A DNA stretch of 64,000 nucleotides from the NCBI GenBank assembly GCA_963803925.1, contig CAWDOM010000013.1:3065-67064 (forward strand). The letters run 5' to 3'. Made by a program: the position numbers and the translations under genes. Below are positions 46,606 through 54,861 of the stretch, piece by piece; position 1 is the stretch's first letter, and each line of letters begins with the position of its first letter. This DNA is from an uncultured Actinomycetota bacterium (GTDB lineage: Bacteria > Actinomycetota > Thermoleophilia > RBG-16-64-13). The notes under the pieces were generated by a model that saw only the letters and a list, made by a program, of their open reading frames with translations, had not been told where the DNA came from and searched no databases.

Positions 46606-47631
46606 GTGCAAGAAGAAATGCCCACTCGCTACTTGGCGGGCGGTGGCGATCTACCGCTCTCAAACGAGGTACAGCTCGATCTGCTTCGAACCATGATGCA
46701 GCGGGAACTGTCGCTCAGGATACGCGTGCGCGGCTCTAGCATGACCCCTCTGATCCGCGGAGGTGATGTCGTGACCGTTTCGCCCATGGGTGACCGTCCA
46801 CCGCAGGTCGGCGAAGTGGTCGCGTGTGTCCTGCCGGGCTCCGGCAGACTGGCTCTGCACCGGGTCGTCGGACAGGGGGAGCAAGGATGGTCGGTGCGCG
46901 GAGACAGCTGCCGCGAGAGTGACGGCGTCGTGGCGACCGACTCGATCTTGGGCAGAGTCGTACGCGTTGAACGCAACCGGCGCGAAGTGAGCTTTGGCAC
47001 GGGCAAGGCCGCGAGAGGCATCGCCTTGCTCAGCCGCGCCGGCGGCCTTTGGCTGCTCCTGGGGCCTCGGCGCCTGGGCTATCGCGCCGTGTCGGTCGTG
47101 CGACAAGGCGTGCAGAGAGTCCCGACCTATCGGCGGCTTGGCGCGCGATTTGGGAGACTGGTGAGCATCGAGGAGGCCGGCCCCGCCGACGTCAGCAGGG
47201 CGCTGGGGGCGATCGGTCATGCCGGTGGAGGACGGCCCGCGCGCGTGGCTTCGACCGGTCACGCGACGAGCTGGGTCGCGAAACGGCGCGGCCGAGTCGT
47301 CGGCTTCGTTCACGTCGATGCGACCGGGGATCAGAGCTCCGGCCGGAGCGCCTACACGCTGTGTAACTTGTGGGTCAAAGGACGTTACCGCGGTCTGGGT
47401 ATTGGCGAGGCTTTGGCGACCCGGGCGCTCGCGTACGCGGCCGCCCAGGGAGCGACCTCGATGAGACTGGCCGTCGACGATGACAGCGCTATCGCCAGGA
47501 ACCTCTTTCACAAGCTCGGGTTCGCCGGTCTCGCCGAGCCGGAGTCCGACCTTCGATGGGAGCAGGGGGAGCAGGCCGGTGAACCCAAGAGGATCGTTCT
47601 CGAACTCGGCCTTGACTCGAAGGAGCGTTGA
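46606..47631 (+). CDS. S26-type signal-peptidase-like domain fused to a GNAT acetyltransferase domain
   Basis: N-terminal half: VRGSSMTPLIRGGDVV (Ser box), LALHRVVG (His where bacterial SPase I has Lys) and VRGDSCRESDG. C-terminal half: VKGRYRGLGIGEALATRAL...NLFHKLGF (GNAT motif A). Confidence 0.65.
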   Translation: MQEEMPTRYLAGGGDLPLSNEVQLDLLRTMMQRELSLRIRVRGSSMTPLIRGGDVVTVSPMGDRPPQVGEVVACVLPGSGRLALHRVVGQGEQGWSVRGDSCRESDGVVATDSILGRVVRVERNRREVSFGTGKAARGIALLSRAGGLWLLLGPRRLGYRAVSVVRQGVQRVPTYRRLGARFGRLVSIEEAGPADVSRALGAIGHAGGGRPARVASTGHATSWVAKRRGRVVGFVHVDATGDQSSGRSAYTLCNLWVKGRYRGLGIGEALATRALAYAAAQGATSMRLAVDDDSAIARNLFHKLGFAGLAEPESDLRWEQGEQAGEPKRIVLELGLDSKER

Positions 47632-48758
47632 GAGTGGAGATCCAGGACTTTCCGCTCTGGGAGAAGCTCCAGGCCTCCGATGTCCCCGCCTCTTTCGATA
47701 TTGAGATCACCGCGCGCTGCAACAACGACTGCCGGCACTGTTACATCAACCTGCCGGCCGGCGACACGGTGGCCCAAACCCGCGAGCTGAGCGCCGGCGA
47801 GATCGTCGACATAGCCAGGCAGGCTGTGGACATGGGCTGTGTGTGGTGCCTGCTCACCGGCGGAGAACCTCTCCTGCGTGACGACTTCGCTGAGATATAC
47901 ACGAGACTGAGGCGGTTCGGCCTGCTGGTCGGCGTCTTCACCAACGCCTGTCTGGTGCGGCCGGAACACGTGGAACTCTTCCGCAGACATCCACCGCGCG
48001 ACGTCGAGATCACGGTCTACGGCGCCACCCGGCAGACCTACGAGGCCGTTACGCGCCGTCCCGGCTCGTGGGATGCCTTCAACCGGGGCCTGGACCTTCT
48101 CGTCGCCGGTGGAGTGAAGGTGCGCCTCAAAGCCATGGCGCTGCGCACGAACGTGCGCGAGTTCGATCAAGTCTCCGAGTTCTGCCGGGCGCTTACGCGT
48201 GACTGCTACCGATTCGACTCGGCCCTGCACCTCCGCTTCGATGGTGACCAGAGGCGCAACACCGAGATACGCGCGGAACGGCTGACCCCGGAGGAGACCG
48301 CCGCCTGCGATCGAGCCGACGAGAAGCGCTACACAGCATTGCTGAGCTGTGGCGCCGGCAGCAAGACCCGTAGCACCCGTCCGCTGCACGGTGGGCATCG
48401 CCTCTTCTCGTGCGGAGTCGGCGGCACGAGTTTCAGTGTCGGCTACGACGGCACGTTCAGGCTCTGTCCCTCGCTGTGGCACCCCGGGACCACATACGAT
48501 CTGCGCACAGGCACGCTGAGCCAGGCATGGCGCGAGTGGCGTCCGCGCATACGCGACCTGCGCTGCGACGAAACCGGGTCTGCAATGAGGTGTGGCTCGT
48601 GCGAACTGGCGAATCTCTGCTTGTGGTGCCCTGCCCATGCCTCGCTCGAGACCGGAAACCTCGAGGGTCACGTCGAATACTTCTGCCAGGTCGCCCACGC
48701 GCGCGCGGCGGCGCTGCGAGCGAGCAATCCTGAGGTGGGAGACGGAGGGGGTCAGTGA
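47628..48758 (+). CDS. Radical SAM/SPASM peptide-maturase-like enzyme 2 (paralog of enzyme 1)
   Basis: CNNDCRHC, LTGGEPLL, and SPASM motifs CGVGGTSFSVGYDGTFRLC and CGSCELANLCLWCP. The start is TTG 47628 or GTG 47634 (AGGAG lies 8 nt upstream). Confidence 0.85.
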   Translation: MRVEIQDFPLWEKLQASDVPASFDIEITARCNNDCRHCYINLPAGDTVAQTRELSAGEIVDIARQAVDMGCVWCLLTGGEPLLRDDFAEIYTRLRRFGLLVGVFTNACLVRPEHVELFRRHPPRDVEITVYGATRQTYEAVTRRPGSWDAFNRGLDLLVAGGVKVRLKAMALRTNVREFDQVSEFCRALTRDCYRFDSALHLRFDGDQRRNTEIRAERLTPEETAACDRADEKRYTALLSCGAGSKTRSTRPLHGGHRLFSCGVGGTSFSVGYDGTFRLCPSLWHPGTTYDLRTGTLSQAWREWRPRIRDLRCDETGSAMRCGSCELANLCLWCPAHASLETGNLEGHVEYFCQVAHARAAALRASNPEVGDGGGQ

Positions 48759-49969
48759 CAGAGGAGACCTCGAGAACCGTGGGTGGTTGGGAGCGGGCGC
48801 CCGGCCCGTCTTCCGAGACCCGCGCCCTGCTTGCTTGCGCCCGTGCGGTGCTCGACACGGCTCTGACCGGCCGCGCGCACGCGGCGCTCGCCGAATGCGA
48901 CGATGAAGTCCGGCTCTCTGAGGCCGCCGCCGCTCATGGCATGGTCGGGCACCTCAACCGCCTGGTCACGTCCTCGCGCGCCGAGAGCAACGGAGGTCTG
49001 CGTGGCCGCATCTCCGGCATGCAGAGGTCCCTTGCCGAACGCAATCTGCGGCAGACCGCTCAGCTGCTGCGTCTCCTGGGGAGGCTGGAGGGGGCAGGTA
49101 TCGTAGCCGTGCCCTACAAGGGGCCGGCCTGGGCCGAGAGGTTCTACGGCGATCTCACGATGCGCGCCTGGTCGGATCTCGACGTGTTCGTGACTCACGC
49201 CCAGGTGGCGGAAGCGCGCGCCTTGCTCCTCGCGAACGGGTTCAGCGACCACGGCACCTTCAACGAGCGAATAATGGCCAAGAAGAGTCGCGGTTGGGGA
49301 GAGATCGCGCTCTGGGCGACGGCTGGAGATGTCCAACTCGAACTACACTGGGAGGCCACGGTGGGCGTGGGGGCCCGGTCGCTGCGCGCCGAGGCCATCA
49401 TGGCGGGGGCGAAGAAACTGACGCTGCTTGGGCGTGAGGTCATGACTCCGTCGGACGTGGACGCGCTGCTTCTCACGTGCCTGAACGGAACAAAGGACCA
49501 TTGGGCGGGTATCGAGGGGCTGCTATGCGTCGCACTTCAGGTTCAGCGGTTTCCCGCGGCCGATTGGCCCCTCGTGCTCGCCGGGGCGAAGAAGGCCCGC
49601 TGCCTTCGCCGGACTCTTATCGCGGTGGCTCACACTTGCCGGGTGTTCGACCTCGAGACGCCGCCGCAGGTGGCGGCCGCCGTCGCGCGCGACGGGGCCG
49701 CCCGGCGGCTGCTGCGGGGCCTGACGCCGGCGAATCTCGAGCGTGGCAAGGTCGCTTCGCATGAGCCCCGGCTGGATATCTTGGCCTGGAGATTCGCCAG
49801 CGAGGACTCGTTCGTGGCAGCTCTGCTCTACGCCGCGACAAGGTTTCTGCGCCCTGGTCCCGAAGACTGGGAATGGCTTGCGCTTCCCAAAGGCGCCGGT
49901 TGGCTGTATCCGGTCCTTCGACCGGCCCGGCTGGCCGCGAAGTGGGCAAAGCGCCTTGTAGTACACTAG
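48755..49969 (+). CDS. NTP_transf_5-type (uncharacterised) nucleotidyltransferase family protein
   Basis: PYKGPAWAERFYGDLTMRAWSDLDVFV...ARALLLANGF...LELHWE fits the family pattern. GTGA overlap with rSAM2. Confidence 0.6.
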   Translation: MTEETSRTVGGWERAPGPSSETRALLACARAVLDTALTGRAHAALAECDDEVRLSEAAAAHGMVGHLNRLVTSSRAESNGGLRGRISGMQRSLAERNLRQTAQLLRLLGRLEGAGIVAVPYKGPAWAERFYGDLTMRAWSDLDVFVTHAQVAEARALLLANGFSDHGTFNERIMAKKSRGWGEIALWATAGDVQLELHWEATVGVGARSLRAEAIMAGAKKLTLLGREVMTPSDVDALLLTCLNGTKDHWAGIEGLLCVALQVQRFPAADWPLVLAGAKKARCLRRTLIAVAHTCRVFDLETPPQVAAAVARDGAARRLLRGLTPANLERGKVASHEPRLDILAWRFASEDSFVAALLYAATRFLRPGPEDWEWLALPKGAGWLYPVLRPARLAAKWAKRLVVH

Positions 49970-50009
49970 CCTGCGGCACTAGGCGCGCCGGGGCCCAGGG
50001 CGGGAGAAT

Positions 50010-51620
50010 ATGGTCTACAAGAACATCGAAAGGCAGGACACCGTCCAGCTCGAGGATTATGTACGCATAATCCGCGAAAGAGCCTGGGTTATCGCGCTCA
50101 GCGTCGTCATCGTGATCGTCGTCGCGCTCTACATGTCGTTCACCACCACTCCGCTCTACACCACGTCGGCCCGGCTCGTCTACCAGAAGAACGATCTCGA
50201 GCTGGCGGTCTCGGGCTTCGGCCTGAACACCTACGACTACGACAAAGACCGCACCATCGCCACGGCGGTGGCGGCCATCAGAAACAGCCAGACCCTCGCT
50301 GAAGCGGTCAAGGCGGAACTTGGCGACGGAACCGACAAGGAAGCCCCCGGCCTCATGGGCATGGTGAGTGTCAGCACCAGCGAGGGGAGCGACCTGATCG
50401 ACATCTCGGCCGTGAGTACCGAGCCCAGCGAAGCCGCCAAGGTCGCCAACGCCTACGCGCGCGAGTTCATCGCATTCAGGCAGAACGCCGACAGGGCCAC
50501 GGTCGCCGCCGCCCGCGACAAGGTGAAGGCGCAGCTCGAGAGTCTTTCCGAGGAGGATCTCCGAGGCGAGTACGGCTTGATGCTCCGAGAGAAGCTCGAG
50601 ACCCTTGGTATTTTGGAGGCCATGCAGGACGGCCGCTTCACTTTGATGCGCGAAGCCGCCGAGCCGGGCAGCCCGTACACTCCACAGACGCGGCGCAACA
50701 TCATCCTCGCCGTGGTGGTGGGACTGGTGTTGGGAGTCGGCCTCGCCTTCCTGGTGGAATACCTCGACAAACGCATCAAAGACGAGAAGGGTCTCGAACG
50801 CGCGAGCGGGCTTCCGGTGCTGGCGTCGGTGCCCGCGGTGGGCGGCAAGTGGAAGACCGCCAAGAAAGGCAAGCGCTCGGCTGAGGTCATCGGTTTCGAG
50901 GGCTCGAGTTCCGTTCTGCTCGAATCGTTCCGCACGTTGCGTTCAAGCCTGCAGTACTTCGAGACCGAGGGAGGGCCGCGCACGCTCCTCGTCACGAGTG
51001 GTCTGCCACAGGAGGGCAAGACGGTCACCACCGTCAACCTGGCCATCAGCCTGGCTCTCTCGGGGCAGCGAGCCATCGTCCTCGAGGCCGACCTGCGCAA
51101 GCCCATGATTCATCGGTATCTCAACCTCGACAACAAAGTGGGTCTCTCGAGCGTGCTGGCGGGCCAGTCTTCCATCGCCGGGGCCATGCAATTGGTGCTC
51201 ATGGAAGACCTCTTGCCCGAGTCGACACGAAAGGTGCACGGAGAGGGCACCGATGCCGGTGTGATACGCAAGAACCTCTACTGTGTCACTTCCGGACCGC
51301 AGCCGCCCAACCCTGCCGAGTTGCTCGCTTCCACGCGCATGGCCAACGTCATCAAAGAGCTGAGACAGCTCTGTGACTTCCTCCTCATCGACACTCCCCC
51401 TGTGCTCCCGGTCTCAGATGCTCTAGCATTGGCAGCCGAAGCCGATGCCGTCATCGTGACGGCGAGGCTCCATCACAGCACACGCGAGGAGATGAACCAG
51501 ATGCGGAGCGTGCTCGACCGGGCCGGAGTGCGGGTGATAGGCGTGGTCGCGGGCGGTGTGAAGACAAGTCATGGCTACTACTACAAGCGTGGCTACAATT
51601 ACGGGTACGGTTATCAATAG
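50010..51620 (+). CDS. Polysaccharide co-polymerase / BY-kinase fusion (Wzz domain + CpsD-like tyrosine autokinase)
   Basis: N-terminal Wzz with 2 TM helices, Walker A-like SGLPQEGKT, LLIDTPP, and a C-terminal Tyr cluster HGYYYKRGYNYGYGYQ. Confidence 0.85.
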   Translation: MVYKNIERQDTVQLEDYVRIIRERAWVIALSVVIVIVVALYMSFTTTPLYTTSARLVYQKNDLELAVSGFGLNTYDYDKDRTIATAVAAIRNSQTLAEAVKAELGDGTDKEAPGLMGMVSVSTSEGSDLIDISAVSTEPSEAAKVANAYAREFIAFRQNADRATVAAARDKVKAQLESLSEEDLRGEYGLMLREKLETLGILEAMQDGRFTLMREAAEPGSPYTPQTRRNIILAVVVGLVLGVGLAFLVEYLDKRIKDEKGLERASGLPVLASVPAVGGKWKTAKKGKRSAEVIGFEGSSSVLLESFRTLRSSLQYFETEGGPRTLLVTSGLPQEGKTVTTVNLAISLALSGQRAIVLEADLRKPMIHRYLNLDNKVGLSSVLAGQSSIAGAMQLVLMEDLLPESTRKVHGEGTDAGVIRKNLYCVTSGPQPPNPAELLASTRMANVIKELRQLCDFLLIDTPPVLPVSDALALAAEADAVIVTARLHHSTREEMNQMRSVLDRAGVRVIGVVAGGVKTSHGYYYKRGYNYGYGYQ

Positions 51621-51624
51621 AGAC

Positions 51625-52566
51625 ATGACCGAACAACGCGAGTATTGGCGATGGAGCGAAAGAAGTTACCAGGCTCCTGATATAGATTGGCGAAACGCCG
51701 CGGCGATCACCGTCGGAGTCGACGTGGGTTCGGTGAGCTCAGAGGCCGTGCTGCTGGCCGATGGCAAGCTCCTCTCATATAATTCGATTCGCACGGGATC
51801 TTCGAGCCCCGACAGCGCTGTGCGCGCATTCAGGGGCGCCGCGGAGCCGCTCGCGCTGACGCTCGACGACGTGGCCTATGCCGTCGGTACAGGCTACGGC
51901 CGGGTGAACGTTCCGTTCGCCGATCGCACCATCACCGAGATCGCCTGTCACGCCCGGGGCGCCAACGCCATGGTTGGGCCGGCGGTGCACACCATTCTCG
52001 ACATGGGTGGCCAGGACTGTAAGGTGATTCGCTGCGACGAGCGTGGCAAGGTGCTGAACTTCATCATGAACGACAAGTGCGCGGCCGGTACCGGACGGGG
52101 CATGGAAGTCATCGCCGACGTGCTGTCGGTGCCCATCGAGGATATCGGTTCGCGATCGTTCGATATCGACGAGGAACCCCCGCCGGTGAGCAACGTCTGC
52201 ACCGTTTTCGCCAAATCGGAGGCGACGTCGCTGCTGAGGGCGGGCTGGAGTGTCAACCGGGTGCTCGCGGCTTACTGCGGGGCGATGGCCCAGCGAGTGG
52301 CGGGACTCATCGAGCGCATGCAGGTCGAGCGCGAATTCTTCATAACCGGTGGCATTGCGAAGAACATCGGAGTGACCCGTCGCATTGAGCGGCTCATCGG
52401 CGTCGAGGCGATTCGGCTTCCGGCCGATTCGGCGCTCGACCCGCAGATAGCGGGCGCATACGGGGCGGCGCTCTTTGCCCACTCGCTGCACAAGAAGGCC
52501 GAGAAGACGGCTGCCGCCTCGGGCGCGACTGCCGCCGGCGCCGGCTCCACGGCCGCCGCCGAATAG
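51625..52566 (+). CDS. BadF/BadG/BcrA/BcrD-type ATPase (BcrA-like, with N-terminal extension and Ala-rich tail)
   Basis: ITVGVDVGSVSS, MGGQDCKVI, NDKCAAGTGRG and SNVCTVFAKSE are present. ATG 51625 follows the BY-kinase stop. Confidence 0.75.
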   Translation: MTEQREYWRWSERSYQAPDIDWRNAAAITVGVDVGSVSSEAVLLADGKLLSYNSIRTGSSSPDSAVRAFRGAAEPLALTLDDVAYAVGTGYGRVNVPFADRTITEIACHARGANAMVGPAVHTILDMGGQDCKVIRCDERGKVLNFIMNDKCAAGTGRGMEVIADVLSVPIEDIGSRSFDIDEEPPPVSNVCTVFAKSEATSLLRAGWSVNRVLAAYCGAMAQRVAGLIERMQVEREFFITGGIAKNIGVTRRIERLIGVEAIRLPADSALDPQIAGAYGAALFAHSLHKKAEKTAAASGATAAGAGSTAAAE

Positions 52567-52583
52567 GCGGAACGGAGTCCACG

Positions 52584-52880
52584 TTGATCGCGAACTACGG
52601 GTACGAGGACGGCTCCGGCTTCTACTACATCAGTATCGACGGCGCCATGTGTGCGCGCTGCTCTGAGCACGGGTGTGTGGCGGCCTGTCCGGCCGGTGTG
52701 TTCGCCATCGAGATGGACGACTACGACGACATGGTGGCCGTTGTGACCGATACGGCGCGAAGGCGCCTGCGCGAGCTGTGCTCAGTCTGCAAGGGCCAGA
52801 ATGGCAGCGGCGGTACAGAGGAGCGCAGGCTGCCCTGCACGGCCCGTTGTCTCGAAGGCGCGCTTCGTCACAGTTGGTAG
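52584..52880 (+). CDS. Small ferredoxin-like protein (Cys-rich)
   Basis: CARCSEHGCVAACP plus CSVCK...C...C. 98 aa, TTG start. Confidence 0.6.
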   Translation: MIANYGYEDGSGFYYISIDGAMCARCSEHGCVAACPAGVFAIEMDDYDDMVAVVTDTARRRLRELCSVCKGQNGSGGTEERRLPCTARCLEGALRHSW

Positions 52881-52890
52881 CGGCGTCGCT

Positions 52891-54000
52891 GTGAGTGGGG
52901 CAGTGGAGATCATCGTCGATGGCCGGGTGTGCGCGGCCGAGGCCGGTGCCACTATCCTCGAGGTTTGTGATGCCGCGGGCCTCTACATTCCCCGGCTCTG
53001 CTACTACCCGGCGTTGGGCTGCGCGGGGTGCACCGCGCGCGGCGAGCCGGCGGCGCTTGAGTGCCGGCTGTGCGTCGTGGAATTGGGCGATGGATCGATC
53101 GTGCCCGCGTGCGCCACGCCCGCGAGCGCCGGTCTGAGGCTGGCGACAGATACGGCGCGGCTGAGAGCCCTCCGGCTCGAGCGTCTGGCGGCCATTCTCG
53201 ACCGCCACCCCCACGTGTGTCTGACCTGCCCCGACGCGGAGGGCTGCAATCGCGACCAGTGCACCTACGGCAATCCGCCCGAGACGCGTTGCTGCGCGGA
53301 GTACGGACGCTGCGAGGTGGGCCGCCTGATCGCCTGGCTCGACGCGAACGTGGAGCTTCCCCGACGGGCTATCGCCGTCGCACGTGATGCTTCAACCGAG
53401 GGGCGTATTCGCTACGAGGCGGGATTGTGTATCGGGTGCGGGCGGTGCGTACGGGCGTGCGCAACCTTGCCCGAGGCTGGAGATGCCCTCGAACTTGCGC
53501 CTGCCGAGAGCGGCCGGCGGGGGGTAGAGGGAGTGGTCGCCAGACCGAGACGCGGCACCCTGCGCGCCTCGGGCTGTACCTTCTGTGGCCAGTGCGTCCT
53601 CGTGTGTCCGGCGGGGGCGCTGACGGCTCCCGGCGAGAAGGGAGCCACGTGGATCAAGGGTCGCCGGGGGCGGAGCGGTCTCCCCTCGCCCGTGCTTCCG
53701 CCGAGCGGCGATGACGGGCGCCTGCCCTTCGACCGGCCGAGCGTCGAAGCTGGCCCGCGTCAGGCCGGCGTCTTCGTGCTGCTCGACCGTGGGGGCCGGA
53801 CGCTCCTCATCCGCGGTGTGGCCAATCTGCGTGAGGGACTAGAGCAAGTCCTCCACCAGGGAGAATGCCCGGCGGCGGCCCTATTCGAGGTCCACCTTGA
53901 CGAGCTCTACACGCAACGGGAGAGCGAGCTGCTCGCCCGCCACGCTCGCGAACACGGTGGTCTGCCAACAGCCAACGACCTGGATGACGACCTCTTCTAG
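52891..54000 (+). CDS. 2Fe-2S (NuoG/FdhA-N-like) + 4Fe-4S dicluster protein with an unassigned C-terminal domain
   Basis: EIIVDGRVCAAEAGATILEVCDAAGLYIPRLCY...CRLCVVE, CIGCGRCVRAC and CTFCGQCVLVCP are present. The start is GTG 52891 or GTG 52903. Confidence 0.65.
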   Translation: MSGAVEIIVDGRVCAAEAGATILEVCDAAGLYIPRLCYYPALGCAGCTARGEPAALECRLCVVELGDGSIVPACATPASAGLRLATDTARLRALRLERLAAILDRHPHVCLTCPDAEGCNRDQCTYGNPPETRCCAEYGRCEVGRLIAWLDANVELPRRAIAVARDASTEGRIRYEAGLCIGCGRCVRACATLPEAGDALELAPAESGRRGVEGVVARPRRGTLRASGCTFCGQCVLVCPAGALTAPGEKGATWIKGRRGRSGLPSPVLPPSGDDGRLPFDRPSVEAGPRQAGVFVLLDRGGRTLLIRGVANLREGLEQVLHQGECPAAALFEVHLDELYTQRESELLARHAREHGGLPTANDLDDDLF

Positions 54001-54003
54001 GCC

Positions 54004-54564
54004 GTGAACACACCGGGCGATATCAGATTGTCGGATTCGCCGCCTTCGGGCGTACTGACTGTGGGAGTCGTCTCGGATACACACGGGCATCTCTATGCCG
54101 AAATCCGAGAGGCACTGCGGGGCGTTGACCACATAGTCCACGCGGGCGATATAGGCGCGCCGGAGGTGCTGGCGGGTCTCCGGGCCATAGCGCCGGTGAC
54201 CGCGGTGCGGGGCAACTGCGACTACGACTCGTGGGCCCTGGCTCTGCCGGCGCGCGCCGAGCTGACGCTCGCCGGCGCGCGCCTCGTGGTAGGCCACGTG
54301 GGCTCGCAGGCACGGGAGTGGGCGGAAGCGGCGGCCAAGGCTCCTCCGGCAGCCGGGGGCGGCCGAGTCGACGTCGTGATCTACGGCCATAGTCACCAGG
54401 CCCTTCTCGAGCGCCGACTGGGTACGCTCTACCTCAACCCCGGGTCGGCTGGGCCCCGGCGCTTCGGCCGGCCACGCTCGTTGGCCAGACTGGTGATAAG
54501 GCTCGCGGCCGGCGACGCCTCTAGCCCTCCCGCGCTCGAAGCCGAGATAGTCTGCCTCGACTAG
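54004..54564 (+). CDS. YfcE/MJ0936-family metallophosphoesterase
   Basis: VVSDTHG, HAGDIG, VRGNCD and YGHSH are present. Confidence 0.8.
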   Translation: MNTPGDIRLSDSPPSGVLTVGVVSDTHGHLYAEIREALRGVDHIVHAGDIGAPEVLAGLRAIAPVTAVRGNCDYDSWALALPARAELTLAGARLVVGHVGSQAREWAEAAAKAPPAAGGGRVDVVIYGHSHQALLERRLGTLYLNPGSAGPRRFGRPRSLARLVIRLAAGDASSPPALEAEIVCLD

Positions 54565-54574
54565 TGATCGAGGC

Positions 54575-54625
54575 CCAACAAAAAGAGAACTCCCCTCTTC
54601 CGCGCCGGGTGGCGGGAGAGGGGAG
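54575..54625 (-). terminator. Rho-independent terminator (minus strand)
   Basis: On the minus strand: CTCCCCTCTCCCGC-CACCCGGC-GCGGAAGAGGGGAG followed by TTCTCTTTTTGTT. Confidence 0.55.
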
Positions 54626-54797
54626 CCTGCTTGTGGGAAAGAGGGCGCAGCACTTCCCGTTACTTAGTCTGCCAAGCCACACTTAGCATGTAAACAGGCA
54701 GAATCAAGACCCATTGTCGGCGTACCATTTGATGAACGCCCATTCCGCAGAGCAGGACAGGCGTAGCTCGAGGCGGGTATGCGGCCCGGCAAGAAGC

Positions 54798-54831
54798 GCG
54801 ACGCCGGCGCCCGAGTGGGCGCCGGCGTCGC
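54798..54831 (-). terminator. Perfect 14-bp GC hairpin 31 nt downstream of the GAPDH-like gene
   Basis: GCGACGCCGGCGCC-CGAGTG-GGCGCCGGCGTCGC, with only a weak U-tract. Confidence 0.45.
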
Positions 54832-54861
54832 CGTGTGCGGTCGTGGCGGACGGCCTTCGAG

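Noticed and set aside
54660-54743. 27-codon hydrophobic ORF (type I toxin-like) in the GAPDH-like 3' region
   Set aside because: It has no convincing SD, is very short and has no recognisable family. It is mentioned under the sRNA/3'UTR finding only.
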